Positions 62,954-64,000 of a stretch of DNA of 64,000 bases are shown piece after piece. Source of the DNA: Vicinamibacterales bacterium. GTDB lineage: Bacteria > Acidobacteriota > Vicinamibacteria > Vicinamibacterales > 2-12-FULL-66-21. Each line of letters starts with the position of its first letter. The stretch's first letter is position 1. The notes beneath the pieces are model-generated. The model made no database searches, had not been told where the DNA came from, and saw only the letters and a program-made list of their open reading frames with translations. The translations under genes and the position numbers were made by a program. The stretch covers positions 1,014-65,013 of the forward strand of contig DASXLB010000033.1 in the NCBI GenBank assembly GCA_036496585.1, read 5' to 3'.

Positions 62954-63727
62954 TCACCGCAGCGCCTTCTGAATCGCCGCCTCGACGAGCGGCGCCATGA
63001 TCGCGTAGCCCCCGGCATTGGGGTGCAGATCGTCGCCCGTCAGCTCGGCCTTCATCATCCCGGTCGCGTCGAGCATCGGCGTGAAGTAGTCGAGATAGAC
63101 GTGGCCGTTCTCGGCGGCGTATTTCTGCATCCATTCGTTGATCGCGCGGATGCGCGCCATCGGACGCTGCGTCGTCTGCGGCGCGCCGCCGTTGGCGGGG
63201 GGATGGTACGCGCTGGTCGGCGTGATGCTGGCGAGCACGACCTTGATGCCGTGCACCTTAGCGAGCTCGGCCATCGACGCCAGGTTCCGCTCGATGTCGT
63301 CGTCGGTCATCGGGCCGGTGTTGCCGGCGATGTCGTTGGTGCCGGCGAGGATGACGACGGCCTTCGGCTTCAGCTCGATCACGTCGGGACGGAAGCGCAC
63401 GAGCATCTGCGGCGTGGTCTGTCCGCTGATGCCGCGATCGACGTACGGCTTCGACGAGACGAAGAAGGCGAAGCGCTCCTGCTGCCAGATGTCGGTGATC
63501 GAATCGCCCATGAAGACAACGCGCGGCTGGGCAGTGGCGGGCGCCGGCAGATTGGCGTTCGCGTCACGATAGCGCGCGAGCTGCGGCCAGTCGCGCAGGC
63601 GTGCGTCGTTCGCGAGGACACGCTGGATCGCCGCGGCGGTGTCCTGGCAATCGGTCGCCGGCGGCGGCGCGGGATTCTGCGACGAAAGCGAGGTCAGGAC
63701 GAGCGCGGTCACGAACATACGGGTCAT
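62954..63727 (-). CDS. SGNH/GDSL-family hydrolase (PAF-acetylhydrolase-like), secreted
   Basis: Signal MTRMFVTALVLTSLSSQ. Blocks are VVFMGDSITDIW, ISGQTT, ILAGTNDI and DDLHPNAGGY. Confidence 0.8.
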   Translation of the reverse strand: MTRMFVTALVLTSLSSQNPAPPPATDCQDTAAAIQRVLANDARLRDWPQLARYRDANANLPAPATAQPRVVFMGDSITDIWQQERFAFFVSSKPYVDRGISGQTTPQMLVRFRPDVIELKPKAVVILAGTNDIAGNTGPMTDDDIERNLASMAELAKVHGIKVVLASITPTSAYHPPANGGAPQTTQRPMARIRAINEWMQKYAAENGHVYLDYFTPMLDATGMMKAELTGDDLHPNAGGYAIMAPLVEAAIQKALR

Positions 63728-63844
63728 CGAAACGTCCTCCGGGCCATCGGCCCGCCAGTCTGTGAAGAAATGGTGTCAGGCGGCGAGGAATTATAGGGCA
63801 GCTTAAACCGAACGCATGCCGGCGGCGTATTCTCCTCCGAACGC

Positions 63845-64000
63845 ATGGTTACCTTCTACGTGTCGCGGGGAACGGCAGGGTTGGCGGCGGGCCTGATGGG
63901 CGCCGTTGCGCTGGTGGCTCCCATCGGCCTCGACGCGCGACAGCAGCAGACCGGCGCGTGCCGGATCACCGGACATGCGAAGAGCGCCGGCGCGCCGCTG
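63845..64000 (+). CDS. N-terminal part of a secreted protein (possibly a carboxypeptidase-regulatory-like domain or TonB-dependent receptor type), runs off the right edge
   Basis: Not in the ORF track because there is no stop. ATG at 63845 gives MVTFYVSRGTAGLAAGLMGAVALVAPIGLDARQQQTGACRITGHAKSAGAPL. This is a signal peptide followed by a G-x-I-x-G-x-x-x-x-x-G-x-P-L pattern. Confidence 0.35.
   Translation, partial: MVTFYVSRGTAGLAAGLMGAVALVAPIGLDARQQQTGACRITGHAKSAGAPL

Overview
The window is a very GC-rich, densely coding chromosomal segment with about 55 protein genes and one tRNA-Pro(TGG). I saw no rRNA, CRISPR array, transposase, integrase or prophage genes. All calls come from reading the ORF translations and the DNA by eye. 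No homology search was run, and family names are motif recognition from memory.

Three duplicated MacB/FtsX-type 'ADOP' permeases, two of them with a PadR regulator, and many secreted beta-propeller, TPR and sulfatase proteins suggest an Acidobacteriota-like genome. Housekeeping genes include rph-rdgB, ahcY, pntAB-pntB, a cell-wall amidase with a GerMN protein, and a copper P-type ATPase.

The most interesting points are these:
1. An ECF sigma and membrane Ser/Thr kinase pair (15272-18431) lies divergent from an operon of two paralogous secreted proteins of unknown family and a 2131-aa multi-domain surface protein (15198-7542). This may be a kinase-gated envelope or adhesion module.
2. There is a textbook ECF41 module. 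The sigma has a fused C-terminal domain, sits next to a CMD-like gene, and follows an exact TGTCACA-N16-CGTC promoter at 5867-5893.
3. An 8-nt repeat family (ATTTCCAC)n forms an inverted array that fills a whole divergent intergenic region (23491-23588). A second copy lies at 35933-35973.
4. Several perfect palindromes sit at promoter positions. There is also an in-frame 12-nt tandem repeat with clustered GATC sites just upstream of the ECF41 start, and a protein built of ~29-aa repeats.

Many long ORFs in the six-frame track are antisense shadow ORFs typical of high-GC DNA, and I rejected them.
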